From: Steroidobacteraceae bacterium
GTDB taxonomy: Bacteria > Pseudomonadota > Gammaproteobacteria > Steroidobacterales > Steroidobacteraceae
NCBI GenBank assembly: GCA_035548495.1
Contig: DASZSV010000084.1
Location: 21,680 to 85,679 of the forward strand
DNA: 64,000 nucleotides
Reading direction: 5' to 3'
Made by a program: the position numbers and the translations under genes. Positions 1 through 10,173 of the stretch are shown here, in pieces; within the stretch, counting starts at the first letter, position 1, and the number at the start of each line of letters is the position of its first letter. The notes below the pieces were generated by a model. That model was not told the DNA's origin, ran no database searches, and saw only the letters and a program-made list of their open reading frames with translations.

Positions 1-1
1 G

Positions 2-379
2 ACGATGGGACTGCGTTCATTCACGCCGATGGTGATTGCCTGTCCGGGATGCGGCCGCACGACATCCACTTACTTTCAGGAACTGGCCAAGAACATCCAG
101 ACGCACATCCGCCATCAAATGCCGCACTGGCGCGAAAAGTATGCAGGCGTGGAAGACATGACGGTGGCAGTGATGGGTTGCGTAGTGAACGGCCCCGGTG
201 AAAGCAAGCACGCCAATATCGGCATCAGTTTGCCCGGCACCGGCGAACGTCCGGTTGCGCCTGTTTATATCGACGGCGAAAAAGGACCAACACTGAAAGG
301 CGATCACATCGCCGCCGAATTCCAGACACTGGTTGAAGAATACGTCGCATCGCACTATGCATCGAGGACTTCGTCATGA
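2..379 (+). CDS. ispG: 4-hydroxy-3-methylbut-2-enyl diphosphate synthase IspG/GcpE, C-terminal part (5' end outside window)
   Basis: ORF open to window start; C-terminal Fe-S domain motifs CPGCGRT and GCVVNGPGE; stop TGA 377-379 overlaps next ATG (ATGA). Confidence 0.9.
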   Translation, partial: TMGLRSFTPMVIACPGCGRTTSTYFQELAKNIQTHIRHQMPHWREKYAGVEDMTVAVMGCVVNGPGESKHANIGISLPGTGERPVAPVYIDGEKGPTLKGDHIAAEFQTLVEEYVASHYASRTSS

Positions 380-711
380 ATGAACTCACTGCAAAACATT
401 GTGTTCCCTGTGAAGGTGGGATCGCACCACTCACGCGTGAACAATCCGCACAATTGATGAAACAACTGCATGGTGACTGGCAGTTAGGCGACGACAACAA
501 ATCCATTCGCCGTGAGTTCAAGTTCAAGAACTTTTATCACACCATGAGCTTCGTCAATGCCGTCGCTCATGTTGCAAACAGGGAAGATCATCATCCCGAT
601 CTTGAAGTGGGTTACAACTATTGCAACATTCGCTACAACACCCACGCCATCGGCGGTTTGTCGGAAAATGATTTTATCTGTGCAGCAAAGGTGGATGCGT
701 TGTTGAATTAA
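376..711 (+). CDS. phhB: pterin-4-alpha-carbinolamine dehydratase (PCD/DCoH family)
   Basis: 111 aa; family motifs REDHHPD and [19 protein letters not shown]; ATG at 376 verified; ATGA coupling to ispG. Confidence 0.9.
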   Translation: MNELTAKHCVPCEGGIAPLTREQSAQLMKQLHGDWQLGDDNKSIRREFKFKNFYHTMSFVNAVAHVANREDHHPDLEVGYNYCNIRYNTHAIGGLSENDFICAAKVDALLN

Positions 712-811
712 TCATTCAATGCACCCGGTATAGATTGTGCATTTCAAAATGTCACTTGCGCTGCGAGAAGACGTGTTTTAAAAAGCAGGCCACTCCGATC
801 TTCTCATCAGC

Positions 812-845
812 CACGCTGCCAGCCGCATTTACGGCTAGCAGCGTG
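812..845. other. 14-bp stem hairpin between convergent phhB and Kelch genes (possible bidirectional terminator, no clear U-tract)
   Basis: cacgctgccagccg / cggctagcagcgtg, 13 of 14 pairs, 6-nt loop. Confidence 0.4.
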
Positions 846-859
846 CTCCGCTGCGTATG

Positions 860-2563
860 CTAGTTCAGATCGTACTTCCACATGTCATTGAGGAACCCAC
901 TGGCGCCCGTTGAATCAATGCCGGAACCACCGAATAACCACAAGTTGCGGTCGTTATCAATCCAGGCTGCGTCTTCATATCGCGCACCCGGAATGTTGTC
1001 AGTGGCGGCAATACCCTGCGTACCATAAATGCCTTTCATTAAGTAGACATTTGGACCACTCATCCAGGTCCACATGTTGGTGCTGGGATTATATTTCCAC
1101 AAATCGCTCAGTACATAAACACCAACACCGGTCGAATCCGTTCCCCATCCACCAAACATCCAGAAATCGCCTGCTTTGTCGAACCATGATACTGCACCGG
1201 ATCTCGCTCCCGGCACATTGGCCGGCGATTCCACGCCTCTCGTTCCATATACTCCGGTTGCCAAAACAGAATCGGATCCGCTGACCCATGTCCACGTTTT
1301 CGTGATGATGTCAAACTTCCATAGATCGTTCAGCACATAGCTGGCGCCATGGGCATCAACACCTTCACCGCCGAACAACCAGAAGTTACCGTAGCTATCA
1401 ACCCACGATGCTGCTCTCTGTCGTGCGCTCGGAAAATTGGTTGTGGCCGCTACTCCCCGAACACCGAAGGAACCCGTCGAGCCGGTAAGCTGCGATCCGC
1501 CGATGCGCGTCCAGGTATTGGTGCGCATGTTGTATTTCCACATGTCATTGAGATCACCGAGATTGTTGTTCGCATCGCAGCCATATCCACCAAACAACCA
1601 GAAATTGCCATGGCCGTCTCGCCACGAAACAGACTCGAATCGTGGTCCGGGAATATCCGTTGAGTTCGCAACGCCTTGAACGCCACAAACACTAACGGTA
1701 CCAACTCCGTTGTATTGAGCATTGTTTTCAGCTGTCCATTCATTGGTCTCCGGATCATATTTCCAGAAATCATTCAGGAAATAACCGTTGCCGGTTGCAT
1801 CGATGCCAAGGCCACCGAAAATCCAGAAGTCGCCGTTGTAATCAGTCCACTCGTTTGAACCAACACGACCACCAGGTACATTGTTGGGTGCCGCAACACC
1901 CAGAGTACCGTACACGCCCGGCGAAGAAGTAGTGCTTGATCCCTTGACCCAGGTCCATTGATTGTCGGCCGGGTCAAATTTCCAGAGATCGTTCACGTAA
2001 CCTGATCCCTGAGCAGAATTCGCCAATCCGCCGAACAGCCATAATTTGCCGTAGGCATCGGTCCAGCTAACCGACTCATATCTTGCTCCAGGCGTGTTAC
2101 CAGGTGAGGCTACACCCTGTGTTCCGTAATCACCACTTGCATAAACAGCGTCTGATCCAGTCATCCACGACCATCGCGGCTTTTCAGAACAACTGACTGT
2201 AATGTTCGCTGGCGTCGCCGACAATGTTCCTGTGCCATTAGTGACATCACAGACTTGTGCCTGTGGCTGGCGGGTAATTGTTACATCATAGGACGTACCT
2301 TGCGGGAAGGTGCCAAACTTGAATACGGTTGCACCCGCATGAATCAGGCGATTGACACCGTTGTTGCTCAATATCAATCCCGGTGATGTCAATCCGGTGA
2401 CAGTGCCGCCCAGAGCATATGTTGCCGACGTGGAGCCATTGTTGCTTTGCGCCATAACCTGAGTGGAGCAGGTTAGCACCCCAACTGCCAAAGCCAGATT
2501 CCTGACAAACGAGCGCCGAAAAACGGAGCCGCCTAGTGGAGCACGAGTATTGGATTTATTCAT
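860..2563 (-). CDS. secreted Kelch-repeat beta-propeller protein (six blades) with N-terminal Ig-like domain
   Basis: 567 aa; signal peptide ending VMAQS; six repeats of the pattern (L/M/F)WK(F/Y)D..T..WTW..G....G.YG..GV.....PG.R.....W.D..G.FW.FGG; ATG at 2563 with AAGGAA SD. Confidence 0.8.
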   Translation of the reverse strand: MNKSNTRAPLGGSVFRRSFVRNLALAVGVLTCSTQVMAQSNNGSTSATYALGGTVTGLTSPGLILSNNGVNRLIHAGATVFKFGTFPQGTSYDVTITRQPQAQVCDVTNGTGTLSATPANITVSCSEKPRWSWMTGSDAVYASGDYGTQGVASPGNTPGARYESVSWTDAYGKLWLFGGLANSAQGSGYVNDLWKFDPADNQWTWVKGSSTTSSPGVYGTLGVAAPNNVPGGRVGSNEWTDYNGDFWIFGGLGIDATGNGYFLNDFWKYDPETNEWTAENNAQYNGVGTVSVCGVQGVANSTDIPGPRFESVSWRDGHGNFWLFGGYGCDANNNLGDLNDMWKYNMRTNTWTRIGGSQLTGSTGSFGVRGVAATTNFPSARQRAASWVDSYGNFWLFGGEGVDAHGASYVLNDLWKFDIITKTWTWVSGSDSVLATGVYGTRGVESPANVPGARSGAVSWFDKAGDFWMFGGWGTDSTGVGVYVLSDLWKYNPSTNMWTWMSGPNVYLMKGIYGTQGIAATDNIPGARYEDAAWIDNDRNLWLFGGSGIDSTGASGFLNDMWKYDLN

Positions 2564-2783
2564 ATATTCAATTTCCTTGTATCAAGTTAAACGCAGAATT
2601 TACAGAGTATTATCAAACGCGGCATGCGCTTTGTGTTTTCGATGAGCAGCGCTTACAGCTCCAACCCACGGAATTCGGGAATTCGCCAATATCTTCAGCA
2701 TCAGGCGGTGAAAAAAATCGGAACGTTACTGCAATCGAAGCGAGGACTTCGTTGCTTATTGTTGCTTTGCACTTCCACCACAT

Positions 2784-3029
2784 TTGCAGCATTCCATGTT
2801 GGTAATCAAAATACCGATCAGAACTTGCCATTCTTTACGTGGCATCAACCGGCACAACCCTATCAATTTGTCTTGCAACATGTCAACTTCCTTAAACGCC
2901 GAAAGAATCGACAACACCATATTGCATGACATAAAACATGGTTCCTTAATCGCGCCGGCCATCAATAGCCTGTCTGAGAACACTTTTATCCATGCCGCAA
3001 AGGTGGATGCGCTGCAGGAAACATCATGA
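2784..3029 (+). pseudogene. decayed PCD-like (pterin-4a-carbinolamine dehydratase) remnant
   Basis: C-terminus PAINSLSENTFIHAAKVDAL parallels intact phh[21 protein letters not shown] (shared nt gcaaaggtggatgcg); catalytic HHP not conserved; stop overlaps GFA start as ATGA. Confidence 0.4.
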
Positions 3030-3364
3030 GCGAACAACACTACACCGGCAGCTGCCAGTGCGGCGCCGTCAAATTTGAAGTTGATGTTGATCTCGACACC
3101 ACACGCACCTGCAACTGTTCGCGTTGCCAGCGACTGGGGGCGGTATGGGGATACACATCCCTCGATAAACTCAAAATACTGTCAGGCGAAGAGAATCTCA
3201 CCACATTCACTTTCAATCGGCATGTGGGCAAACATCGCTTCTGTAAGACCTGCGGCATTCAGTGTTTTGCCACCGGCAGCATTGCTGTCGTTAATGCCAA
3301 TTGCCTGGATGGAATTGATCCACGGGCTTTGAAACCTGTCCATGCAGATGGACGATCTGTTTAG
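3026..3364 (+). CDS. GFA/CENP-V family Zn-binding protein (glutathione-dependent formaldehyde-activating enzyme family)
   Basis: 112 aa; Cys pattern GSCQCGAV ... CNCSRC ... FCKTCG typical of GFA domain; AGGAA SD 7 nt upstream. Confidence 0.85.
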   Translation: MSEQHYTGSCQCGAVKFEVDVDLDTTRTCNCSRCQRLGAVWGYTSLDKLKILSGEENLTTFTFNRHVGKHRFCKTCGIQCFATGSIAVVNANCLDGIDPRALKPVHADGRSV

Positions 3365-3393
3365 CACCGCAACCTGAAATCCTTTGATATTCC

Positions 3394-3416
3394 GGCAGCA
3401 CCACGCTGCTATTTTG
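3394..3416 (+). terminator. weak candidate intrinsic terminator after GFA gene
   Basis: ggcagc-accac-gctgct stem (one G-U) followed by ATTTTG. Confidence 0.3.
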
Positions 3417-3553
3417 CCGCACTCCCGGCATCTGCATTCATACAACTGCAACACAACTTCAATAACTTGCTGAACGCGATTATTCGTGCAACAGCACACG
3501 CATTCATCGGCAGCACTGCCGCAACCCCTGCCCTATTGAAACAGGAACCGCCC

Positions 3554-4678
3554 ATGAAAAATCTGCTTGCCTGTACATTGCTGGCCGCAGCCAGTCTGTG
3601 CAGCACACCTCTGTTCGCACATGAATCAGGACATGATCACGCTGATGGCGATGATCGTCCTTTAACCCTCGCAGTTTTTGGCGACTGGCCATACAGTCAG
3701 GCATTGCTGGACAATGCGCACTTGCTGATCAATTCCGTCAATGCAGACAGAGATGTCAGCATGGTGATACATGTGGGTGATATTCATTCCGGCAGCATGC
3801 CGTGCACCAGTGCAGGTATTCTGCCGGCGATCTCCTCTGCCAACCCCGGCTGGAATCAGGCCATCTATTATCAATTCCAGCAGTTTGATGATCCGTTAGT
3901 ATACATTCCGGGTGACAATGAATGGACGGATTGCCACAAGAGCAAGGAACTGAGCAGCGGCGCGCCACTGAAAGAACTGGCCAGTGTTCGCAGTCTGTTT
4001 TTTGCAAAGCCCGGTGTGACGCTCGGACGTCATGAAAAGCAGGTGTGGTCACAGGCCGATCATTTTGATCCCGATCATCCTGCCGATTCGCAGTTTGTTG
4101 AAAATGTGATGTGGAAAGACGGCGATGTAGTATTTGTCACGTTCAATATTCCCGGCGGCTCCAACGATGACCAGTCTCCGTGGAGCGGTGCATTCTCCGA
4201 TCCTGCTGCACAGGCACAGGAAAAAGCCGACAGAAGTGCTGCGAACATTCGCTGGCTGAATGCCGCGTTCAATGTCGCAAAGCATTCGCACGCCAAAGCC
4301 ATTGTGCTTGCCCTGCAAGCGGATATGTGGGATCCGGAAGCGGCTGCTGCAGACGGTGCAGGTCTGGATCAATACACGCCGTTCGTCACGCAACTTGCCA
4401 GTCTCGCCGTGGATTTCAAGCGTCCAGTATTGTTGCTGAACGGCGATACTCATTTGTATGAAGCCGATTATCCGCTGGCTGATCCAGACAGCACCACCGG
4501 TATCATTCATCACACGCAGGCCGTGCCCAATCTGACGCGCGTTGTTGTGCAGGGCTCGACCAATGCTCCAGCCGAATGGTTGAAGCTGAGGATTGACACA
4601 CACAAGCATGGCAATGATGTTTTCTCCTGGACAAACGTTGCTTATTGTGCGAATCCAGCTTCTGAAACCTGTCAATAA
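3554..4678 (+). CDS. secreted calcineurin-like metallophosphoesterase
   Basis: Start moved to MKNLLACTLLAAASLCSTPLFA signal peptide (ATG 3554); motifs GDWPY, VIHVGDIHSG, PGDNEWTDC, NGDTH. Confidence 0.8.
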   Translation: MKNLLACTLLAAASLCSTPLFAHESGHDHADGDDRPLTLAVFGDWPYSQALLDNAHLLINSVNADRDVSMVIHVGDIHSGSMPCTSAGILPAISSANPGWNQAIYYQFQQFDDPLVYIPGDNEWTDCHKSKELSSGAPLKELASVRSLFFAKPGVTLGRHEKQVWSQADHFDPDHPADSQFVENVMWKDGDVVFVTFNIPGGSNDDQSPWSGAFSDPAAQAQEKADRSAANIRWLNAAFNVAKHSHAKAIVLALQADMWDPEAAAADGAGLDQYTPFVTQLASLAVDFKRPVLLLNGDTHLYEADYPLADPDSTTGIIHHTQAVPNLTRVVVQGSTNAPAEWLKLRIDTHKHGNDVFSWTNVAYCANPASETCQ

Positions 4679-4697
4679 TTCATTTAACGCCAGACTT

Positions 4698-4726
4698 GCA
4701 AGCCTCTGCGTGATGCAGAGGCTTGC
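4698..4726. other. 12-bp perfect hairpin between convergent genes (possible terminator, no U-tract)
   Basis: gcaagcctctgc gtgat gcagaggcttgc. Confidence 0.35.
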
Positions 4727-4825
4727 CCGCCACATGAATTGATACCATCAACAATCCATTCGCCTGACATTGATGTGTTCAATTGTTTGGGTTGGAAGAC
4801 ATGGTGCAACAGATAATGTCAGTCA

Positions 4826-5935
4826 TCATGATTTGCGTTTGTTTTCCATCTGCCGCTGGGTAACACTGAATCGTTCCATTCGCGCACTGCTGCCGCCTTT
4901 TTCCTTTTTATCGCAGGTATCGGCGAGTTCGCGCAACGCCTTGCGCGTTGCATCCGATTGCCACAGATGCGGATTCATCACACCTTCATCAAACACCAGC
5001 ACACCATCGCGCTTGAATGCCGCCTTCAATTGCACGGCGGTCAGGCGGCCTGAAGAATAAGCGGCGCAACGCAACGCAATGTCCTTGTCCTTGAGCAGCG
5101 TGGATAGCAACTTCCCATTCTGTGCCAGTGCCAGTCTGCCCAGTCCCTTGCGCACACGCTGACGATGACTGAGATTGCCATCCGCATTGATTTCAGCTTC
5201 CAGAGTCAATGCTGCCTTGTCACCCGCATCGGTTCGCCAGCGTGCAATCAATGACAGTGGCTTTCTGACGGATGGCGCTTCTGCCTCAAGTTTTTCATAC
5301 AGCCAGCCGAGCACCGAAGCCCAGCGTTCGGTGGGTTCAACGGTTTCAGCAAGTTGCCATGCTGCATCGGATACCGAGGTGTAATTGAAATGTTTCCATT
5401 GATCGTAGAAGTGCTTCTGGTATCCCGCATGCATGCGTTCGTTCTTCAGCAGCGCATGCACTACCTTGCGCAGATTATCATCGGATATGTCGCTCCATGT
5501 GCCACGGCGTGCCAGCAGATCGGCGAGCAGTGCATTGCTGAGATTCGGATTCTCGAACAGGGCTTCGAACTCTTCCTGTGGCGCGGCATCCAGCCACTGG
5601 CACAGTTTCTGTTCATCACCAAACAGGTGAATGGGAAATGACGCCTTGCCTTCGACATTCTTGTTCGACAATGCCGCCAGACGGATGGGATGCTTGACGG
5701 ATACGGAGGAGAACAGCGACGCCACTACACTGACATGCCGTCCGTACTGTGCAAGTGCAAGATCAATCAACGGATGCTTTCTCGACTGCAATGCCCGCTC
5801 GGTCTCTTCATCGACCACATCCAGCGCGGGTCTTTCCTTGGGTGATGTGGCACGCGTCTTGAGATATTGCACCACCGCTTCGGGTGACAGGGCCATCAGT
5901 TCAGCTTCTTGTATCAGTGTCTTGTAATTTCGCAT
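4826..5935 (-). CDS. hypothetical protein, helical-repeat-like, no recognisable motif
   Basis: 369-aa ORF, ATG 5935 with GGAG SD 8 nt upstream; coding-like composition; opposite-strand ORFs are short. Confidence 0.6.
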   Translation of the reverse strand: MRNYKTLIQEAELMALSPEAVVQYLKTRATSPKERPALDVVDEETERALQSRKHPLIDLALAQYGRHVSVVASLFSSVSVKHPIRLAALSNKNVEGKASFPIHLFGDEQKLCQWLDAAPQEEFEALFENPNLSNALLADLLARRGTWSDISDDNLRKVVHALLKNERMHAGYQKHFYDQWKHFNYTSVSDAAWQLAETVEPTERWASVLGWLYEKLEAEAPSVRKPLSLIARWRTDAGDKAALTLEAEINADGNLSHRQRVRKGLGRLALAQNGKLLSTLLKDKDIALRCAAYSSGRLTAVQLKAAFKRDGVLVFDEGVMNPHLWQSDATRKALRELADTCDKKEKGGSSARMERFSVTQRQMENKRKS

Positions 5936-6084
5936 TCGATGCTCCAGATTGAATGACGCTGTGCGGCCTTGACTGACATGCTAACGACAACATGATGATG
6001 AAAACCGGCAGCGAACGGGAAACGCTCATTGCTTCTGCGATTGTGCCAAGCAGATTGCGCAGAATTCTCTGCAGCACTGCACAT

Positions 6085-9000
6085 TTATGCGGGTATCCCG
6101 GCCCGGTCGCGCAATACCTGCTGAATGGCCACGCTCAATTCATCCACCGTGTTGGGTTTGAGTATCAACTGACGCACGCCGATGTCCTTGGCAGCCTGAT
6201 AGTCCTCGGCACGCACAAATCCGGTGGTGATGATGAATGGTATCGCAGGACGAATGGCCAATACCTTGCGCGCCAGATCAAGCCCCGACATCACCGGCAT
6301 CGACATGTCACTGACCACCAGATCGAAATCATCCGGGCCCTGTGTGAAAGCCTGCAACGCTTCATCGGGCGACGTGAATCCACTGACCTTGTGACCGGCG
6401 CGCTGCAGTACGCGCGACACCAGAAACACCAGCGCATCTTCATCATCCACATACAGAATGCGGCCCTGCCTGTTGCTTTCGGCTGGCGGATCGGCTGCCA
6501 TCGTTGTCAGTGTTCCTTCGATCAACAGCGGGAAATACAGATCAAAGCGCGTGCCTTCGTTCACCCTGCTGCGCACGGTAACCACACCATCATGGCCTTT
6601 CATGATGCCGTGCACGATGGCCAGACCCAAACCCGTGCCATGACCCACTGCCTTGGTGGTAAAGAATGGATCAAAGATACGTTGCACGGTCAGTGCATCC
6701 ATGCCCACACCATTGTCGATGACACTGACGCGCGCATAGTGACCCGAACGCAATTCGGTCTCCTGCTGATGCAATTCATCATTCACATCCACTGCTTCAA
6801 GCCGCACGACAATTTCGCCATTCAGCGTCGCAACCGCATCGGCTGCATTGGTAAGCAGATTGATGATGGCCTGATGTATCTGGCTTGCATCCGCCAGCAC
6901 CAGCAGTGACTTGTCCTTGATTTCCGTCTTGATGGCAATGCTCGCGGGCAGCACGGCGCGTGCCAGCGCCAGCACTTCTTCAAGCACCGTGTTGATATAC
7001 ACCGGCTCGCGTTTGTGATCCTGAGGACGACTGAAGGCAAGAATGCGCCGCACCAGATCAGTGGCGCGCGAAGTAGCCTTGACGATTTCATGCATGCTCG
7101 CCGCGGCCTGACCGTGTTCCGGCAATTCCGTCATGGCCAGCTTTACGTTACCGGCAATGGCCAGCAACAGATTGTTGAAATCATGCGCAATGCCGCCAGC
7201 CAGCACACCCAGCGATTCGAGCTTTTGTGCCTGCAAACGTTGTTCATCCAGCCGCTTGCGATAGGTGACATCCATGATCACCGATGTCAGCGTTGCCTGC
7301 GTGCCGGTTTCGTTCTGATCGACACGGCCGCGGAACACCAGCCAGTGAATGCTCTTGTCCGGATGCAGCACACGGCATTCAGTGCGGAACATCGCACGAT
7401 CGGCAACCGCATTGAGATATTCGCGCGAAATGCGCTTGCGGTCAGCAGGATGAATCGCCTGTATCAACGTGATCAACGGATGCCAGTTCTGGCCGGGGCT
7501 GGTATTGATGCCGCACAGTTCCAGCGCCTTGTCATCAAACTCCACCTGACGCGACTGGCTGTAGATGCGCATCACACCCATCGCTCCGGCTTCGAGCGCC
7601 GAACGCAGTTGCTGTTGCGATAATTGCAGCCGTTCCGCAGTACGCTTGCGCTCCGTGATGTCGCGCAAGGTCATGGTGAGCAGGCGATTGCCGTCGAGAT
7701 AACTGCGCGACACGGCCAGTTCCAGCGGAAATTCTTCACCGCCGACACGCCGTCCATAGATGTTGCTCAATTCACCCAGACGCAGATTGCTGATTTCATT
7801 CCGTTCCAGCATGTTAAGCAGCAGCACAGAATCCGCATGCAGGAAATTGTTGACGAAGGTTTCCAGATTCATGCCGATCATGGTGGACTCGGTGCAGCGG
7901 AACATGTGTTCGGCAGCGGGATTGAACAGCAGAATGCCCTGTTGTTCATCCACCGTGATGATGCCATCCATCGAGGAATCAACGATGCCGAGCAACCGCG
8001 CCTCGCTTTCACGCAATGATTGTTCGGCCAGCTTGCGTTGCGTCACATCAATGAACAGACCATTCCACAACGTGCCGCCATCCACATCACGCGCCGGCAC
8101 ACCATGCCATGCCAGCCAGATGGCGCCCTTGACCGCATTGCTGAGCGGAAACTCGATATGCACCGGCTGCTTCTTCTGCAATTGTTCACGCACATGATCG
8201 GTGATCCACGCAACGTCTTCCGGTGCAATGCATTGAATGAACGGCGTTGCATCCTCAGCGCACAATGCGGGATCAACGCCGGTGACATCCTTGAATGCCG
8301 GCGATGCATAGGGCAATGACACTGCACCATCAGTGGTGACGCGGAACACATGCAGCGCGCCGGGCAACATGCGTTCGGTGCGGCGTTCGCGGGTGCTGTC
8401 ACGCAGCGTGATGACCACCGTGGCCGATGACACTTCGCCATCATCACGCGTTTGCGTGTCGTACAGGCGGCTGGCGCGCAGTTCCACTGGAACGCGGCGA
8501 TCATCGGCACGCAGCAATGTATAGCGCTCCAGCGTCGCATGCGGCATGTTGATGATGTCGTGCTCCAGCATTTGCGCATCCATACGTTGCTGCTTTTCGT
8601 TGACGATGTGAAAAACGTCCGCAAACGATTTGCCAATGGCGTCCGCTTCGTTGCAGGCATTCAACTGGCATGCCGCAAGATTGATCAACTGGATGTTGCA
8701 GGCATCATCCATCACCAGCGCCGCATCGGGAAACGCAGTGAGAATGGCCATGGCCTGCGACTGACGGGTGGCAGCGCGACGGCTGGCAGCACGCAATGTT
8801 TCAAGCAGAACAACGGAACCGGTGCCCACCAGCAGAAACACCAGCCAGCGGTCAATGTTGAACAACCAGCGCATATTGGCTTGCGCACTGGTAAAACTGA
8901 CCAGCATCAATGTTGCAGTGGTAACCAGCAATGCCAGCAACGCCGGTACCCTGCCACCCGCGTATGCACTGACTATCACCACCATCAACAGGATCAAATC

Positions 9001-9135
9001 CACGGATTCTGAATACCATGCGCGGCCATCCGACAGCGAAAATCCGAGCAACGGCGCCACCACCAATGCAACGAGGTACGCCCACCACTGGCCGGAATCG
9101 AAAATTCGTTTTATTCGCGCGGGAAACAACGGCAT
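6085..9135 (-). CDS. hybrid sensor histidine kinase (N-terminal TM region, multiple PAS domains, HisKA, HATPase_c, C-terminal receiver)
   Basis: H-box GGIAHDFNNLL, G-boxes DNGVGM / GTGLGL, receiver ILYVDDE ... SDMSMP ... KP; start uncertain (track start 9222 is TTG; ATGs at 9204, 9177, 9165, 9135; I chose MPLFPARIKRIF before first TM). Confidence 0.85.
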   Translation of the reverse strand: MPLFPARIKRIFDSGQWWAYLVALVVAPLLGFSLSDGRAWYSESVDLILLMVVIVSAYAGGRVPALLALLVTTATLMLVSFTSAQANMRWLFNIDRWLVFLLVGTGSVVLLETLRAASRRAATRQSQAMAILTAFPDAALVMDDACNIQLINLAACQLNACNEADAIGKSFADVFHIVNEKQQRMDAQMLEHDIINMPHATLERYTLLRADDRRVPVELRASRLYDTQTRDDGEVSSATVVITLRDSTRERRTERMLPGALHVFRVTTDGAVSLPYASPAFKDVTGVDPALCAEDATPFIQCIAPEDVAWITDHVREQLQKKQPVHIEFPLSNAVKGAIWLAWHGVPARDVDGGTLWNGLFIDVTQRKLAEQSLRESEARLLGIVDSSMDGIITVDEQQGILLFNPAAEHMFRCTESTMIGMNLETFVNNFLHADSVLLLNMLERNEISNLRLGELSNIYGRRVGGEEFPLELAVSRSYLDGNRLLTMTLRDITERKRTAERLQLSQQQLRSALEAGAMGVMRIYSQSRQVEFDDKALELCGINTSPGQNWHPLITLIQAIHPADRKRISREYLNAVADRAMFRTECRVLHPDKSIHWLVFRGRVDQNETGTQATLTSVIMDVTYRKRLDEQRLQAQKLESLGVLAGGIAHDFNNLLLAIAGNVKLAMTELPEHGQAAASMHEIVKATSRATDLVRRILAFSRPQDHKREPVYINTVLEEVLALARAVLPASIAIKTEIKDKSLLVLADASQIHQAIINLLTNAADAVATLNGEIVVRLEAVDVNDELHQQETELRSGHYARVSVIDNGVGMDALTVQRIFDPFFTTKAVGHGTGLGLAIVHGIMKGHDGVVTVRSRVNEGTRFDLYFPLLIEGTLTTMAADPPAESNRQGRILYVDDEDALVFLVSRVLQRAGHKVSGFTSPDEALQAFTQGPDDFDLVVSDMSMPVMSGLDLARKVLAIRPAIPFIITTGFVRAEDYQAAKDIGVRQLILKPNTVDELSVAIQQVLRDRAGIPA

Positions 9136-9321
9136 TGCAGCAGTGTGGCCTTTTGACGTGGACATGCAACAATGCATGACCTTTATTGTGACGCAGGCGA
9201 GCATTGTCCAAGCATTGGCCAAAAATGAAACTAGGCAAACGCTGAACGCGCCGCCATCAGGCGTGATGCAGTCGCTGAGATTCGATCAAACGGCGAAAAC
9301 CGTGGTCGCGTGCTGAGGTGT

Positions 9322-10173
9322 TTAGTTAAGTGCAACCGCCATCTGGGCGTCGCGCTGTCGATGGCGTTGCTGCCGTGCCATGAATATGCCGGCAATGATG
9401 ACACCGGTGCTGACCAGCAGGATCATGATGGTGGCAAGCGCATTGATGTCCGGACTGACACCCAGACGCACCTTGGAGAAAATCACCATCGGCAGCGTGC
9501 TCGAACCCGGTCCGGCGACGAAACTGGTGATCACCAGATCATCCAGCGAAATGGTGAAGGACAGCAGCCAGCCCGACAACAATGCCGGCGCAATAATCGG
9601 CAAGGTCACCAGGAAAAATACCCTGGCCGGCCGCGCACCAAGATCCATTGCGGCTTCTTCCAGTGATATATCAAACGACGCCATGCGTGACTGCACGATC
9701 ACGGTCACATAGGACATGGTGAGTGTGATGTGTGCAATGGTGATGGTGGTCATGCCACGTCCTTGCGGCCAGCCGATCAATTGCTCCAGCGCAACGAAGG
9801 TCAGTAACAATGACAATCCGGTGATCACTTCCGGCATCACCAGCGGGGCCGTGGTCATGGTCGACAGCAATGTGCGTCCCCTGAACTTGCCGAAGCGCGC
9901 CAGCGCCATGCCTGCGCAGGTGCCGAGAATGGTTGCACCGGTGGCATTGATGGTGGCAATGCGCAGTGACAACCACGCCGCTTGCAGTATCTGGTCATTT
10001 TCAAACAGCTTGCCATACCACTCAGTGGAAAAACCGCCCCACACGGTCACCAGCCGCGACTTGTTGAATGAATACACAATCAACGACAGGATGGGCACAT
10101 ATAAAAATGCAAAGCCGAACGCCAGCGCAGTGACGCGCAACCAAGAACGATTGTAAGTTGATGCAGCACTCAT
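9322..10173 (-). CDS. potI: putrescine/spermidine ABC transporter permease
   Basis: 283 aa polytopic; BPD-transport EAA-type loop LEEAAMDLGARP; ATGA overlap with upstream permease. Confidence 0.85.
   Translation of the reverse strand: MSAASTYNRSWLRVTALAFGFAFLYVPILSLIVYSFNKSRLVTVWGGFSTEWYGKLFENDQILQAAWLSLRIATINATGATILGTCAGMALARFGKFRGRTLLSTMTTAPLVMPEVITGLSLLLTFVALEQLIGWPQGRGMTTITIAHITLTMSYVTVIVQSRMASFDISLEEAAMDLGARPARVFFLVTLPIIAPALLSGWLLSFTISLDDLVITSFVAGPGSSTLPMVIFSKVRLGVSPDINALATIMILLVSTGVIIAGIFMARQQRHRQRDAQMAVALN

Noticed and set aside
5992-6909. 305-aa plus-strand ORF opposite the hybrid histidine kinase
   Set aside because: It lies entirely antisense to a gene with unambiguous HATPase/receiver motifs. 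Its composition is His/Arg/Gln-rich shadow-frame type, with no motif and no SD.
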